From NCBI GenBank assembly GCA_963848295.1, contig CAWKDB010000002.1:1-64000 (forward strand): a stretch of 64,000 nucleotides of DNA. Direction: 5' to 3'. The notes beneath the pieces were generated by a model. It did not search any database. It was not told where the DNA came from and saw nothing but the letters and a program-made list of their open reading frames with translations. This DNA comes from an uncultured delta proteobacterium. GTDB taxonomy: Bacteria; Myxococcota_A; Polyangia; Haliangiales; Haliangiaceae. Every line of letters starts with the position of its first letter. Positions within the stretch are counted from its first letter, which is position 1. Position numbers and translations under genes: made by a program. Below are positions 1-9,800 of this stretch, one piece after another.

Positions 1-380
1 TCGCCGGTATACCGACCGGAATTCGAACCCGCCAAACCCTTGGCGGGTTTCGAGTTTTCGGCGTCGGCCAAAATCGCTCGTAGGTTCAAAGCGCCCTTCG
101 CGTGGGTCGATCCATCGGGTTCCTGCGAAACCCGCATGCTCCCCGTGCGGAGCCAGCGAACGAGGTGCGCTCGGCCGGTCTCGATGTCCTGCGCGAGGCG
201 CTTGTCGAGGTCGTACGCGAGCGCTGCGACGTGCTCCGGAGAGGGCAGGCGAGCCGGCCTCGCGGACTCATCGAGCAGCTTTGCGAGGGCTGCCTTCTCG
301 GCCCGCAGGTACGACTCCTGTTCGCGCAGGGCCGAGCCGATGCTCTCAGAGCGCTCACCGCGCTTGACGTCGACGCGCAC
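1..380 (-). pseudogene. Probable C-terminal remnant of a large serine recombinase, running off the left edge
   Basis: Minus-strand frame not in the ORF track, open to position 1: DVKRGERSESIGSALREQESYLRAEKAALAKLLDESARPARLPSPEHVAALAYDLDKRLAQDIETGRAHLVRWLR. It resembles the coiled-coil tail of island serine recombinases. No catalytic N-terminal domain is seen. Confidence 0.4.
26..59 (+). terminator. Intrinsic terminator-like hairpin
   Basis: Perfect 10-bp inverted repeat AACCCGCCAA (26-35) / TTGGCGGGTT (40-49) with a 4-nt loop and a T-rich tail. Confidence 0.5.
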
Positions 381-556
381 CGTAGCGACTGGGTCTCTCG
401 ACGAACGCCAGGAGCGCGAGTACCGGGTCCGAGACGCGGTCTGGTGCGCAAATGGTTCGAGACCGAGCGCGGGATCGATGGCTATGGCGACGATAACTAC
501 GCCGACGGCGTTGAACCAAGAGATTGCCGAGGCCAGTTCTCCGCGTTCATCTCTGA

Positions 557-1035
557 CTATTTCGCTTTAAGTTGCTCCGCGGCAGCGTGCCAGTTCTCGA
601 CGTGGAAGGTCTTCGCGATCTTGCCGTTCTTGATGGTTTGAATATCGAACGCCATGATCCGGAAGCTCTTCCCACTGTGAGGGATCCCAAACAGTTCGCC
701 GGCGGGGGTGCCGGTCTGCTCGCCTCGCACGATCACGCGGTCGTCGGCGACGAGAATATCGAGGATTCGAAATTCCATATCGGGAATCAGGTTGCCGAAT
801 TGTTCGACGTTCTTGATCGTCGTCTCACGCCCCCAACATTCGCTCGGCCGGTTGCCGTGACACGATTGATAGTCGGCGGTGAGGGTTCGCTCCGCGATGG
901 CTCTCACATCGCCTCGACTCGCTACGTTGAAGAGGCTGTACCAGGGGGCGATCAGAGCGCGAGCTCTCTCTTCGGTGAGTGGCGCCGCGCCTGACTCCGT
1001 CTTCCCCGAGCAGGCGGACGCATCCAGCATCGAGG
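557..1035 (-). pseudogene. SnoaL-like ester cyclase family protein, 3' part (interrupted by IS66)
   Basis: IPDMEFRILDILVADDRVIVRGEQTGTPAGELFGIPHSGKSFRIMAFDIQTIKNGKIAKTFHVENW is typical of SnoaL-like proteins. The 5' end lies beyond the IS at 3678-3716. Confidence 0.85.
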
Positions 1036-1114
1036 GTGAGCGTCCGGTCAACTGCACCCGAGTCTGGCAGCGCGTGGCGCCGCGCGCTGCTTGACGAGGC
1101 TCGACTCTCGCCGG

Positions 1115-1468
1115 ATGGCCACACCGCGACTCCCTGATCTCAACGACGTATGGACGCCAGAGACAGCACGGCAGATTCTCGACTTCTGCGACGCGAGCGG
1201 CGAGCCGCTCGCGGCCTGCGCGCGCCGGCTCGGCGTCACGCCGGCACGGCTCTACTGGTGGAAGACGCGACTCGCGAAAGCGACCGCGGCGCCGACGCTG
1301 GCGTCGCTGTCGCTGGTGCGCGCGACGATCGTGTCCGCCGAGGCGAACACGGCGATCACGATCCGGTTGCCGAATGGAATCGCCGTCGAACTCTCCGCCG
1401 AAAACGGCTCGCCGAGTCTCGTCGCCGCGATCGTGGCCGAGCTGAGCAAGGCGCTGCCGTGCTCCTAA
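1115..1468 (+). CDS. tnpA: IS66 accessory protein TnpA (HTH)
   Basis: SGEPLAACARRLGVTPARLYWWK HTH and C-terminal ITIRLPNGIAVEL motif; first gene in the IS. Confidence 0.85.
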   Translation: MATPRLPDLNDVWTPETARQILDFCDASGEPLAACARRLGVTPARLYWWKTRLAKATAAPTLASLSLVRATIVSAEANTAITIRLPNGIAVELSAENGSPSLVAAIVAELSKALPCS

Positions 1469-1836
1469 TCCCGCGCTCGGTACGCGTGTACTTCGCGACC
1501 GAGCCGACGAACTTGCGGCTGTCGTTCGACGGTCTGTCGAACGCGATCCGCCACGCGCTCGGGTACGACCCGCTCGCCGGGCATGTGTTCGTGTTCGTGA
1601 ACCGGCGCAAGAACCAGGTGAAGCTGATCGTGTGGACGCGCGGCGGCTTCACGATCGTGCATAAAAGGCTCGAGCGCGGCACGTTCACGTTTCCGGCGCG
1701 CGTGACTGCGGACGCGAAAAGCGTCGCGATCGACGTGCACGAGCTCGCGATGCTGCTCGAAGGCATCGACGTATCGCGCGCGAAGACGAAGCCGCGATGG
1801 GAGCCGCCGCCACGCACACGACCGACGACGACCTAA
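1459..1836 (+). CDS. tnpB: IS66 accessory protein TnpB
   Basis: VRVYFATEPTNLRLSFDGL...FVFVNRRKNQVKLIVW...KRLERGTF signature; GTG start overlaps tnpA. Confidence 0.92.
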   Translation: MLLIPRSVRVYFATEPTNLRLSFDGLSNAIRHALGYDPLAGHVFVFVNRRKNQVKLIVWTRGGFTIVHKRLERGTFTFPARVTADAKSVAIDVHELAMLLEGIDVSRAKTKPRWEPPPRTRPTTT

Positions 1837-1909
1837 CGATCGCTAACAACGATCACGTGCGATCCGTTTGCGCTTGCGCCGGATCGCGCGATGATCAAGA
1901 TGGTGAAGC

Positions 1910-3613
1910 GTGGACTCCGAAGCGAAGAGCGCGGCGCCGGATCTCTCGACGGATCTGCTGCCCACCGGCATCGAGCTCCGCGGCTCGGTGCTCGATGTCC
2001 TCAAGGCGCTGCTCCCCGAATTCGATGACCGCGACGCGGTGCTCGGAATTGTCGGCAGGCTGGTCGCCGACAACGCGACGATGGCGCAACGGCTCGCGCG
2101 CATCGCGGCTCGCTTCAAGACGAGCGAGAAGATCTCGAAGGCGCAGCTCGTCCTCTTCGCCGACGCGCTTCGGCGCGGCGAAGGTGAGCCCGAGCTCGAA
2201 GCCGACGCTACGCCGGAGCCCGATGAGGTCGACACCGCCGACGAGCGCTTGCGTGCAGCGGCTGGGCTCGACGACAAAGAGGCCGCCGATCTCGCGAAGC
2301 TCCGCACGGGCAAGCCCCCGCCGCAACCGCACTCACGTGCAGCGCCGCCCGCGCACCTCCCGCGCGTTGACCACCCCATCGCAGTGCCGGCGGAGCAGCG
2401 TGCGTGTCCGAAGTGCGGCGCAGAGCGCACGTGCATCGGGCACGACGTCAGCGAAGTGATCGACCTCATCCCGGCGCAGGTGATCGTGCGGCGCGACCTG
2501 CGCGAGAAGCTGGCGTGCACGCCGTGCGAAGGCGAGCTGGTGCGCGCGCCGGTCGGCGACAAGGTCGTGCCGAGCGGCAAGCTCGGGCTCGCGCTCGTCG
2601 CCGCGCTGCTCGTCGAGAAGTACGTCGACGGCCTGCCGCTGCATCGCCAGCGCGAGCGCTTGCAGCGTCTCGGCCTCGACCTCTCGGTCTCGACGCTCGC
2701 CGATCAAGTGAAGTGGTGCACCGATCTGCTGCGGCCGCTCTGGCGTGCGGCGCTCGCCGAAGTGATCGGCGCGCGCGTGATGCATCTCGACGGCACCGGG
2801 CTCCCGGTGCTCGATCCGAACGTGCCCGGTGGCAAGCGACTCGGCGCGCTGTGGGGCTACGTCGGCGTCAACGCGAGCGAGACCATCGCGGCGTATCTCT
2901 ATGTGTCGACCGGCAAGGCGGTCGGCCAGCACGCCAATGAGATGGGGCCGCAGGACGTCCTCGGGATGCGCACCGGCCTCACCGTCGCCGACGCGTCGAA
3001 CATCTTCGACGCCAGCTTCGAGCGGCCCGAGCTCATCGAGTGCGGGTGCAACATGCACGGTCGCCGCTACTTCGTGAAAGCCCTCGACGCTGGCGACAAG
3101 CGCGCGGCGCTGCCGCTCGGTGCATACAAGAAGCTCTACGAGATCGAAGCAGAGATCAAAGACCTCACCGACGACGAGCGACTGGCCGAGCGGCGCAGGC
3201 AATCCAAACCCGTGTGGGACGAGCTCGTCGCCTGGTGCACGGTGCGCAAGAAGCACGAGCCGCCGGCATCGGGACTCGGCAAAGCAGTCCAGTACTTCAT
3301 GAACCACCACGTCGCACTCGCACGCTTTCTCGAGTACGGCTACCTGCCGATGGACAACGGCATCGTCGAGAGGCTCCACGTCCGCGCGGCCCTGACGCGC
3401 AAGAACTTCCTCTTCGCCGGCGCCGACTCGGGCGGCGATCGCGCGGCGATCGCATACACGATCTTCGGCTCGTGCCGACTCGCCGGTGTGGATCCGATTG
3501 CGTACCTCGCCGATGTCCTGCCGCGGCTCACGCGCCGCATCCGCCTGATCGACCTGCCTGCGCTACTGCCCGCGCGGTGGGCCGCCGCACGTGCCGCAGC
3601 GAACGCCGCGTAG
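1910..3613 (+). CDS. tnpC: IS66 DDE transposase TnpC
   Basis: CPKCG zinc finger, KYVDGLPLHRQ, HLDGT, CNMHGRRYF, DNGIVER and RKNFLFAG motifs. Confidence 0.95.
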   Translation: MDSEAKSAAPDLSTDLLPTGIELRGSVLDVLKALLPEFDDRDAVLGIVGRLVADNATMAQRLARIAARFKTSEKISKAQLVLFADALRRGEGEPELEADATPEPDEVDTADERLRAAAGLDDKEAADLAKLRTGKPPPQPHSRAAPPAHLPRVDHPIAVPAEQRACPKCGAERTCIGHDVSEVIDLIPAQVIVRRDLREKLACTPCEGELVRAPVGDKVVPSGKLGLALVAALLVEKYVDGLPLHRQRERLQRLGLDLSVSTLADQVKWCTDLLRPLWRAALAEVIGARVMHLDGTGLPVLDPNVPGGKRLGALWGYVGVNASETIAAYLYVSTGKAVGQHANEMGPQDVLGMRTGLTVADASNIFDASFERPELIECGCNMHGRRYFVKALDAGDKRAALPLGAYKKLYEIEAEIKDLTDDERLAERRRQSKPVWDELVAWCTVRKKHEPPASGLGKAVQYFMNHHVALARFLEYGYLPMDNGIVERLHVRAALTRKNFLFAGADSGGDRAAIAYTIFGSCRLAGVDPIAYLADVLPRLTRRIRLIDLPALLPARWAAARAAANAA

Positions 3614-3677
3614 CGCTGCCACGATCACCCGGGCGCGATCAAGTAGGCGATCCCGCTGCAGTCGACCGGACGCTCAC

Positions 3678-3716
3678 AATCGAGGCGGTCATGATGAGTT
3701 GCGAGAAGACGTTCAT
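3678..3716 (-). pseudogene. SnoaL-like gene, 5' part
   Basis: ATG at 3716 with upstream AGAGGG encodes MNVFSQLIMTAS, which joins in frame to MLDASACSGK once the IS and one target copy are removed. Confidence 0.75.
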
Positions 3717-3734
3717 GATTGGATCCCTCTGATG

Positions 3735-4292
3735 CTACGCAGCTGCGCGAACGCGGTGGTCGTGGTGGATCACGCGCCACAGCGCGTGCGGCTGCTCGTC
3801 TCCGATGAAGTGGCCCGCGTCGTGGACGATCGCCGTCGCGACATCCCGAACTCCGGCGCCGCGGAAGCCGTTCGCGTACGCGTCGATATCGGCATGGTCA
3901 TGATCACCGCGGACGTACAAGAGCGGTGTCGCGCACGCTGGACCGGCAGCGGCGGCAACGTTGTCGCCGACGTCCGTCGGGAAACCTCGATACAATGCGA
4001 ACCCGGCGCGCAGCTGGTCGTCATCGCCGTACGCGTTCGCGTAGATCTGGCGTCGCTCGGAGGTGATCCGCGACGGATCAGCGGACAGGATGTCGTAGAA
4101 GAAGCCGAAGTACGGCAGCTGGTGGCCCTGCACGAGGAGCTCGGGGATATGCGGCACCTGGTGGAACGCGAAGTGAAAGATCTCCGGGCGTCGAATCACG
4201 TCGTCCCACGGCGCGACGCCAGGGATCACGGTGTTTACGATTACCACGCGTGCGATGTCGGCGAACGCGCGTAGATACGCGTATGCCGCCGC
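3735..4292 (-). pseudogene. Alpha/beta (epoxide hydrolase-like) hydrolase, N-terminally truncated
   Basis: AYAYL...FHFAFHQVP...YANAY...LRAGFALYR...DAGHFIGDEQP C-terminal half; the nucleophile elbow and start codon are absent. Confidence 0.7.
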
Positions 4293-4473
4293 AAGCGTCG
4301 CGCAAGCACATGCGGCGCGCTTTGCGGCCGTCTTGATCGCAGCGAGCGAGGGAGCGGTCGTGCTCAGCCGCGGCGAGCGGAGTATCGAGCCGTTCGATCT
4401 CGTCGCCGCGAAGCTCGTGGAGGACGCGCACTCTCTGTCGCTGCGCAGGTCAGCCACACGACGCAGCGAATGA
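4293..4473 (+). pseudogene. C-terminal fragment of a TetR-family regulator
   Basis: AARFAAVLIAASEGAVVLSRGERSIEPFDLVA resembles the LmrA/YxaF-type TetR C-terminal domain; no HTH present. Confidence 0.55.
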
Positions 4474-4505
4474 CGCTGAGCTCGAGAATGGAGAGCTCAG
4501 CGTCA
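4471..4505. terminator. Hairpin after the TetR fragment, before the TA promoter
   Basis: Perfect 13-bp inverted repeat TGACGCTGAGCTC / GAGCTCAGCGTCA with a 9-nt loop; no U-tract. Confidence 0.45.
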
Positions 4506-4592
4506 CCTGCGGATGGGTCCGCGCGGCGATTGCTCAATCAAGTATTACTGAAGATGGCCCAACGGAGCAATTTCGTGTATTGATTCAATCGC

Positions 4593-5348
4593 ATGACAGC
4601 GCGCCAGATCGTCGAGCTGTTCCACCTGGTGTTCGTGCGGGCGCTGTTCGCGAACCTCGGCGACAAGAGCCTGCTCGCGGTCAGGGGGGGGATCAACCTG
4701 CGCTTCTACTTCCAGAGTATTCGCTTCTCCGAGGACCTCGATCTCGACGTCGTCACGATGTCGAAGGCCGCGCTCGAGAACCGCGTCGACCGCCTGCTCG
4801 CGTCGCCGACAGTCACGAGCCCGCTCAAGGCACGCGGGATCGTCATCCAGGACATCTCGAAGCCGAAGCAGACGACCACGGTGCAGCGTTGGAAGCTCGA
4901 GGTCGCGAGCCCGTCGGCATCGATCCGCGATCGCACGAAGATCGAGTTCTCCCGGCGCGACACCGTCGCGACGGCGGCGCTCGAGCGCGTCGACACGCAG
5001 ATCGCCAACGGGTACGGGATTCCGGTCTTCCTCGCGAGCCACTACCCGTGCGACGCCGCGGTACGTCAGAAGATCCATGCGCTCGCCGAGCGCGCCGAGC
5101 CGCAGCCGCGCGACGTCTTCGACCTTCACGTGCTGCTCGCTCGCGCGGATGCGCCGAAGAAGCTCGACGAGGACGCCGCTGAATGGCTCGAGGCGGCGGT
5201 CGCGAACGCAGCCGGCCTGACCTACGACCAATACGTCGCGCTCGTGATCGCGTACCTGGACCCGGAGCAGGCCGAGATCTACGCGTCGCGCGCCGCGTGG
5301 GAGTCGATGCAGCTTGACGTGATCGCGCGGCTCGAGGCGCTGCGATGA
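4593..5348 (+). CDS. abiEii: AbiEii/AbiGii-family nucleotidyltransferase toxin (type IV TA)
   Basis: RGGINLRFYFQSIRFSEDLDLD polymerase-beta-like motif; QKIHAL and PRDVFDL motifs. Confidence 0.88.
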   Translation: MTARQIVELFHLVFVRALFANLGDKSLLAVRGGINLRFYFQSIRFSEDLDLDVVTMSKAALENRVDRLLASPTVTSPLKARGIVIQDISKPKQTTTVQRWKLEVASPSASIRDRTKIEFSRRDTVATAALERVDTQIANGYGIPVFLASHYPCDAAVRQKIHALAERAEPQPRDVFDLHVLLARADAPKKLDEDAAEWLEAAVANAAGLTYDQYVALVIAYLDPEQAEIYASRAAWESMQLDVIARLEALR

Positions 5349-6010
5349 GCCCCAGCGAAGCCTACGCGCGGCTGCTCGACCTCGGGGTCACCACCGTCGA
5401 GACCGCCGACGTCGCAACGTCGCTGCGGGTCACGACGAGCGCCGCGACGAAGCTGCTCGGCAAGCTCGCGAAGGCGAAGCTGATCGTGCGGCTGCGGTCC
5501 GGACTGTGGCTGGTCGCGCGGACGGCGCCCGACCGATACAGCCTAGCCGAGGCGGTGACCGCGCCGATGCCGAGCTACGTGTCGCTGCAGACCGCGCTCT
5601 ACCTCCACGGCATGATCGAGCAGGTGCCGGGCGTCATCTATGTCGCCTCGCTGGCGCGCACCCAGAAGATCGCGACCAGTGTCGGCGTGTTCTCGGTCCA
5701 TCACATCGCGCCCGAGTTGTTCGACGGCTTCGAGATCCGCCCCGACGGCACGAAGCTCGCGAGCCCCGAGAAGGCGCTGTTCGACGTCGTCTACCTGTCG
5801 GGCGGGCGCTCGCGCCTGTTCGCGCATCTACCGGAGCTGGAGCTGCCGGTGCGGTTTCGGCGGGGCCGCCTGCGCGAATGGACGCGGCGGATCGCGGCGC
5901 CGAGACGACGCTCGATGGTGGAGTCTCGACTCGAGGCGATGCTGTTGCGGGCGACGACGGCCAAGCGCGAGCGCGGACACGTCAGGCCGCGCTCGAGATC
6001 CGGAAGCTGA
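5345..6010 (+). CDS. abiEi: AbiEi-family antitoxin / transcriptional regulator
   Basis: N-terminal wHTH (IVRLRSGLW), SYVSLQTALYLHGMIEQVP and ASPEKALFD; ATGA overlap with the toxin gene. Confidence 0.88.
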   Translation: MSPSEAYARLLDLGVTTVETADVATSLRVTTSAATKLLGKLAKAKLIVRLRSGLWLVARTAPDRYSLAEAVTAPMPSYVSLQTALYLHGMIEQVPGVIYVASLARTQKIATSVGVFSVHHIAPELFDGFEIRPDGTKLASPEKALFDVVYLSGGRSRLFAHLPELELPVRFRRGRLREWTRRIAAPRRRSMVESRLEAMLLRATTAKRERGHVRPRSRSGS

Positions 6011-6018
6011 TCGCCAGC

Positions 6019-6867
6019 TCACGCCGCTTTTCGAAACGGCGTCGGATGTTCGAGGGCCCGGTGGAGCACGGCGGGCGGGAGGATCGCGTGATCCGCGAAC
6101 GCTTCGAGGACGCGCTCGGTGACGTCGGTCTCGAACGCCTTCTCGTACTGGACGTCGAGCACGTAGGCCTTCGCGCGAAGTCGAATCGCGACGTAGTTGG
6201 TCTCGAGCACCTGATTGACGAGGACGGTCCACGGCTTCTTCGTGAAGGCGTAGCGGTTCGAGGTCAGCGCTTCGCCGACGAGCTTCTTGGCGAGCCCGAC
6301 GTCTTGATCGAGGCCGATGAAGAAGTCCATCTGGATCATCATGTCGAGCGCGCCCCAGTTCCCCGACGCCACGACATCGGTGAGGAACTTGTTGTTCGGG
6401 ATGGTGACGACATTGTCGTCGAGCGTGACCAGCCGCACCGAGCGCAGACCGATGGTCGAGATCTCGCCGTAGATCCCCGCGAAGGTCACGCGATCGCCGA
6501 CCTGAAACGGCCGGTCGATGATGATGATGATGCCGGCCAGCACCGACGCTGCGACGTCCTTGAGCGCCAGGCCGATCGTGACCGCGGCGGTACCGGTCAG
6601 CGCGAGGACGACCTCCGGCGACAGCGACACCGACAGCATCACCGCGACGATGATCCCGACCAGGTACAGCGCGAACCGAGTCGCGGTTGCGAACTGGTGA
6701 AGGACGAGACGCTTGTCGGTCCATCGATTGCCGAGGCGGCGGAACGTCGCCGTCATCGTCCTCACGACGAGCCAGGTCAGCACGAGCACGAAGATCCCGG
6801 AGATAAAGCCGCCGGCACGAATCATCTGGCCGACTTCGACGTGGGGCGTAACGGGGGGCATGGGCAC
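6019..6867 (-). CDS. mscS: Small-conductance mechanosensitive channel (MscS family)
   Basis: IGLALKD...AGIIIIIDRPFQVGDRV...GEISTIGLRSVRLVTLDDNVVTIPN. Confidence 0.92.
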   Translation of the reverse strand: MPMPPVTPHVEVGQMIRAGGFISGIFVLVLTWLVVRTMTATFRRLGNRWTDKRLVLHQFATATRFALYLVGIIVAVMLSVSLSPEVVLALTGTAAVTIGLALKDVAASVLAGIIIIIDRPFQVGDRVTFAGIYGEISTIGLRSVRLVTLDDNVVTIPNNKFLTDVVASGNWGALDMMIQMDFFIGLDQDVGLAKKLVGEALTSNRYAFTKKPWTVLVNQVLETNYVAIRLRAKAYVLDVQYEKAFETDVTERVLEAFADHAILPPAVLHRALEHPTPFRKAA

Positions 6868-6868
6868 C

Positions 6869-9800
6869 TCAGGTTTCGATTAGATGTTTGCGGGTCAAGT
6901 AGCGGGTCACGGCAGGCCACCACGCGATCGCGATCGCGAATTCGCCGTGCGCGCTGTGGACGATCACGCCGGCCGCGTTGAGCTGCCGGAAGGCCAGGTC
7001 GCACTGCGATCGCGGGAACCTGAGCGCCGTCGCCGCGTGATCGATCGATAGCTGCTCGTGCCAGATCAACGCGGCGAGCACGTGGCGCGACACTTCATCG
7101 AGCGCTTCGAGCTGGGTCTCGGGTGGGCGCGCGAACAGCCGGACCCGGAGCTCGCGGGCATCCCCGGGAACGAGCGAGTGTGCCCAGCAGTGGAGCGCGG
7201 CGCGCGGCGCGCCCTCCGCGTAGTCCCAGATCAAGCGGGCGTACTCGCGTGCGGTATTCGCGATCGCGATCGCGCGCTGCGACGGATCGATCTGGACGGT
7301 CATCACGTCCTCATAGTTGGGTCGCCAGCCCGTGGTCGATAACCGCGCCTCGAGCAGCGCCTGGATCTGCGGCTCCGACCACCGTGCCAGCTGGGTGCGT
7401 CCGCAGAACGGCGCCGGGCCGCGATCGACCCAGCCGAGAAACTCGTCGGCGTAATACGAGCAGGCGCCGAGCCAGTAGACCCGGTCGTTGGTCCGCTCGA
7501 TGATCCGGCGCAGCAGCCCCCAGACCGCGAGCTGGCCGACGCCACGTAGCGCGAGTCGCTGAAGATCGTCGATCACGATCAAGCGTCGAGGGCCGTCTCG
7601 CAGCGCCGCCACGATCGTGGCCTCTTCCGCCGAGACGAGCGCGAGCGCCTGAGCGATGCGAGCGAGGAGCTGCGCGGGCTCGACGATCCGGGTCGCGAGC
7701 TCGACGCGGGTCGCCGGCAGGCCCGCGGCGATCACCGCGCCGTGCAGCCACGTGGACTTGCCCATGCCGGACTTGCCGACGACGATCCACGATCCGATCC
7801 GGTCGCGTTCGCCGGTCCATGTCATCACGTCGGCGCGAAACGCATCGAGTCCCGGGAACCACGGCGCGAGCACGCCATCCGCGGGCGCGGTGTCGGGTGC
7901 GAGGGCCGCGGCGACCTCCGGCGGCAGGACCTGGACGGCGTTCGCCCCGAGGTCACCACCTCGGCGTTCGAGCCGACGGCGGAACAGATAGGCGAGCGCC
8001 TTGCGCGTCTGGTCGAAGCTCAGCGCGAACCGCCGCGCGCCATTGCCGAGCCACTGCAAGACCACCAGCGCGAACGCCGCGAGCGCGAGGAAGAAGCCGT
8101 ACCAGCGATCGCGCGAGCGTTGCACGAGGCGCGCGAGCACGCCGTTGGGCCTGCGCTTGACGTAGGCGTCGACGATATCGGCGCGCCAGCGACTGAACAG
8201 GATCAGCGCCAGAGGTAGCGCCGCCACGACCGCCGCCCGGATCACCAGGTGATAGAGGTAGCCGCGTCCGAGGATCGCCTCCGAGATCTCGCCCAGGATG
8301 TACGCGGCAAACGCGATCCGTCCGACGAAGTTCACCGACCGCAGCACGCGCTCCGAAAACTCGGCCGTCCAGACCATCCCCTTGCCCTGAAGTCGCCGGA
8401 TCGCGCCGAACGTGGCGACCACGATCAGCCGATAGGTCGCGTACGCGAGCACGAGCCCGTACGGAACCCCGAACAAGGGGTTCGTCAAGCCGGGCGCGCC
8501 GACCTGGCCGCACACCCAGATCAGCAGCACGACGATGAGAGGTGTCCACAGCAAGCTCAAGACGCCGACCGCGAGCAACGCGGCACGAGCCACGATCGGA
8601 CGGTTGAGCCCGCGCACGATGATGTCGGGGAGCCTCGCGAGCCCGCGCCGGCCGTGACCGATCGACCAGCGTGCGAACCCGACGAGCAGCCCGATCCCGA
8701 GCACGCGAACCAGGAACGACAGCAAGACGTTCCAGTCACTCAACGAGCTCACCGCGGCGGCGAGTGCCGGAAGCTCGGACCGCCAGGTCCAGCGCGCGAG
8801 CAAGGTCAGATGCTCGAGCTCTCGCCGCAGCTGATCGCGACCCTCCTCGCCAAAGCCGAGCGTGCGATCGCGCTTGTCGCTCGACAGCTTGTCGAGGAGC
8901 TCGATGCGGACCTTGTTCAGGTCCTTGGCGTCGTTCGCATCGGCGCGCGCGAGTTGCCACCCGGCCGCCGTACGGTCCGCCGTGAGTCGTGCGCCGAGCG
9001 CATCGATGTCTCCCACGTTCTTGGCCAGCTCGTCGCGCGCTCGAACGACGACCGGCTCGTTGCTATCGGCGAGCGCGGGGGACAGCTCGAACGGCGTGGG
9101 GGGCTCGATCGCGTCGAGCGCATCGAGCGATGCCGAGAGCCAATCGCGCGCGGCCTCGACCTCGGTCACCACGCGGTCGTAGAGCGCGTCGGCGTCCTTG
9201 CCGGGCGCGACGGTATGCGACGCCTCGGTCAGCGAGAACGCGAGCGCGTGACGATCCGTGATCGCCGCCGACTGCTTCGCTCGAAGTCGCGATAGGTCGG
9301 CTCGTTGCTCCGCGAGCGATGCGCGCGCGCCTTCGATCCGTGCACGTTCGGTCGCGATCAGGCGCTGGATCTCCTCCCGCGCCTGGTCGGCTTGTGCCAG
9401 CGCCGCGCGTTGGGCATCCTCGGCGCGCCGTTGCTCCTGCTGGGCGCGCGCGAGGTCGTCCGCAGCCGCGGCCTGGTCGACCGCGTTGCGTCGCGCGACA
9501 TCTTCCGCGGCCAAGACCGCCGTACGGCGGTCGCGAGGAAGCTTGAGAAAGGCGAGGCGTAAGCGATCGACCTCCGTCGCTCGGGTGGCGATCTCGCTGC
9601 GGAGCGTACCGAGCTCGTCGGTGGCCCGGCCGGCATCGTCGATCGCGGCGACGCCGCCGTCCGATGGCATCGCCGCGACCCCCGCGTCACCCGGTGCTCG
9701 CGATGACGGTTCGCCCAGGCCCGAGGCGAGCTCGCGACGGCGCCGCTCGACCGTGGGCTCGTCGTGGAGGTCAATCGCGAACAGCTCGGTCGTGTAGAGG

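Larger units (their letters stand above)
1036..3677 (+). mobile_element. IS66-family insertion sequence, complete
   Basis: 21-bp terminal inverted repeats GTGAGCGTCCGGTC(A/G)ACTGCA at 1036-1056 and 3657-3677 (20/21 identical). 8-bp target duplication CATCGAGG (1028-1035) / AATCGAGG (3678-3685). Gene order tnpA-tnpB-tnpC. Confidence 0.95.

Noticed and set aside
18..35. tRNA fragment (GGTTCGAATTCC on the minus strand)
   Set aside because: No acceptor or T-stem pairing could be built; it is better explained as part of the hairpin and recombinase tail.
3735..4457. Intact 240-aa hydrolase as given in the ORF track
   Set aside because: The first ~55 aa are the antisense of the TetR fragment and the nucleophile motif is absent.
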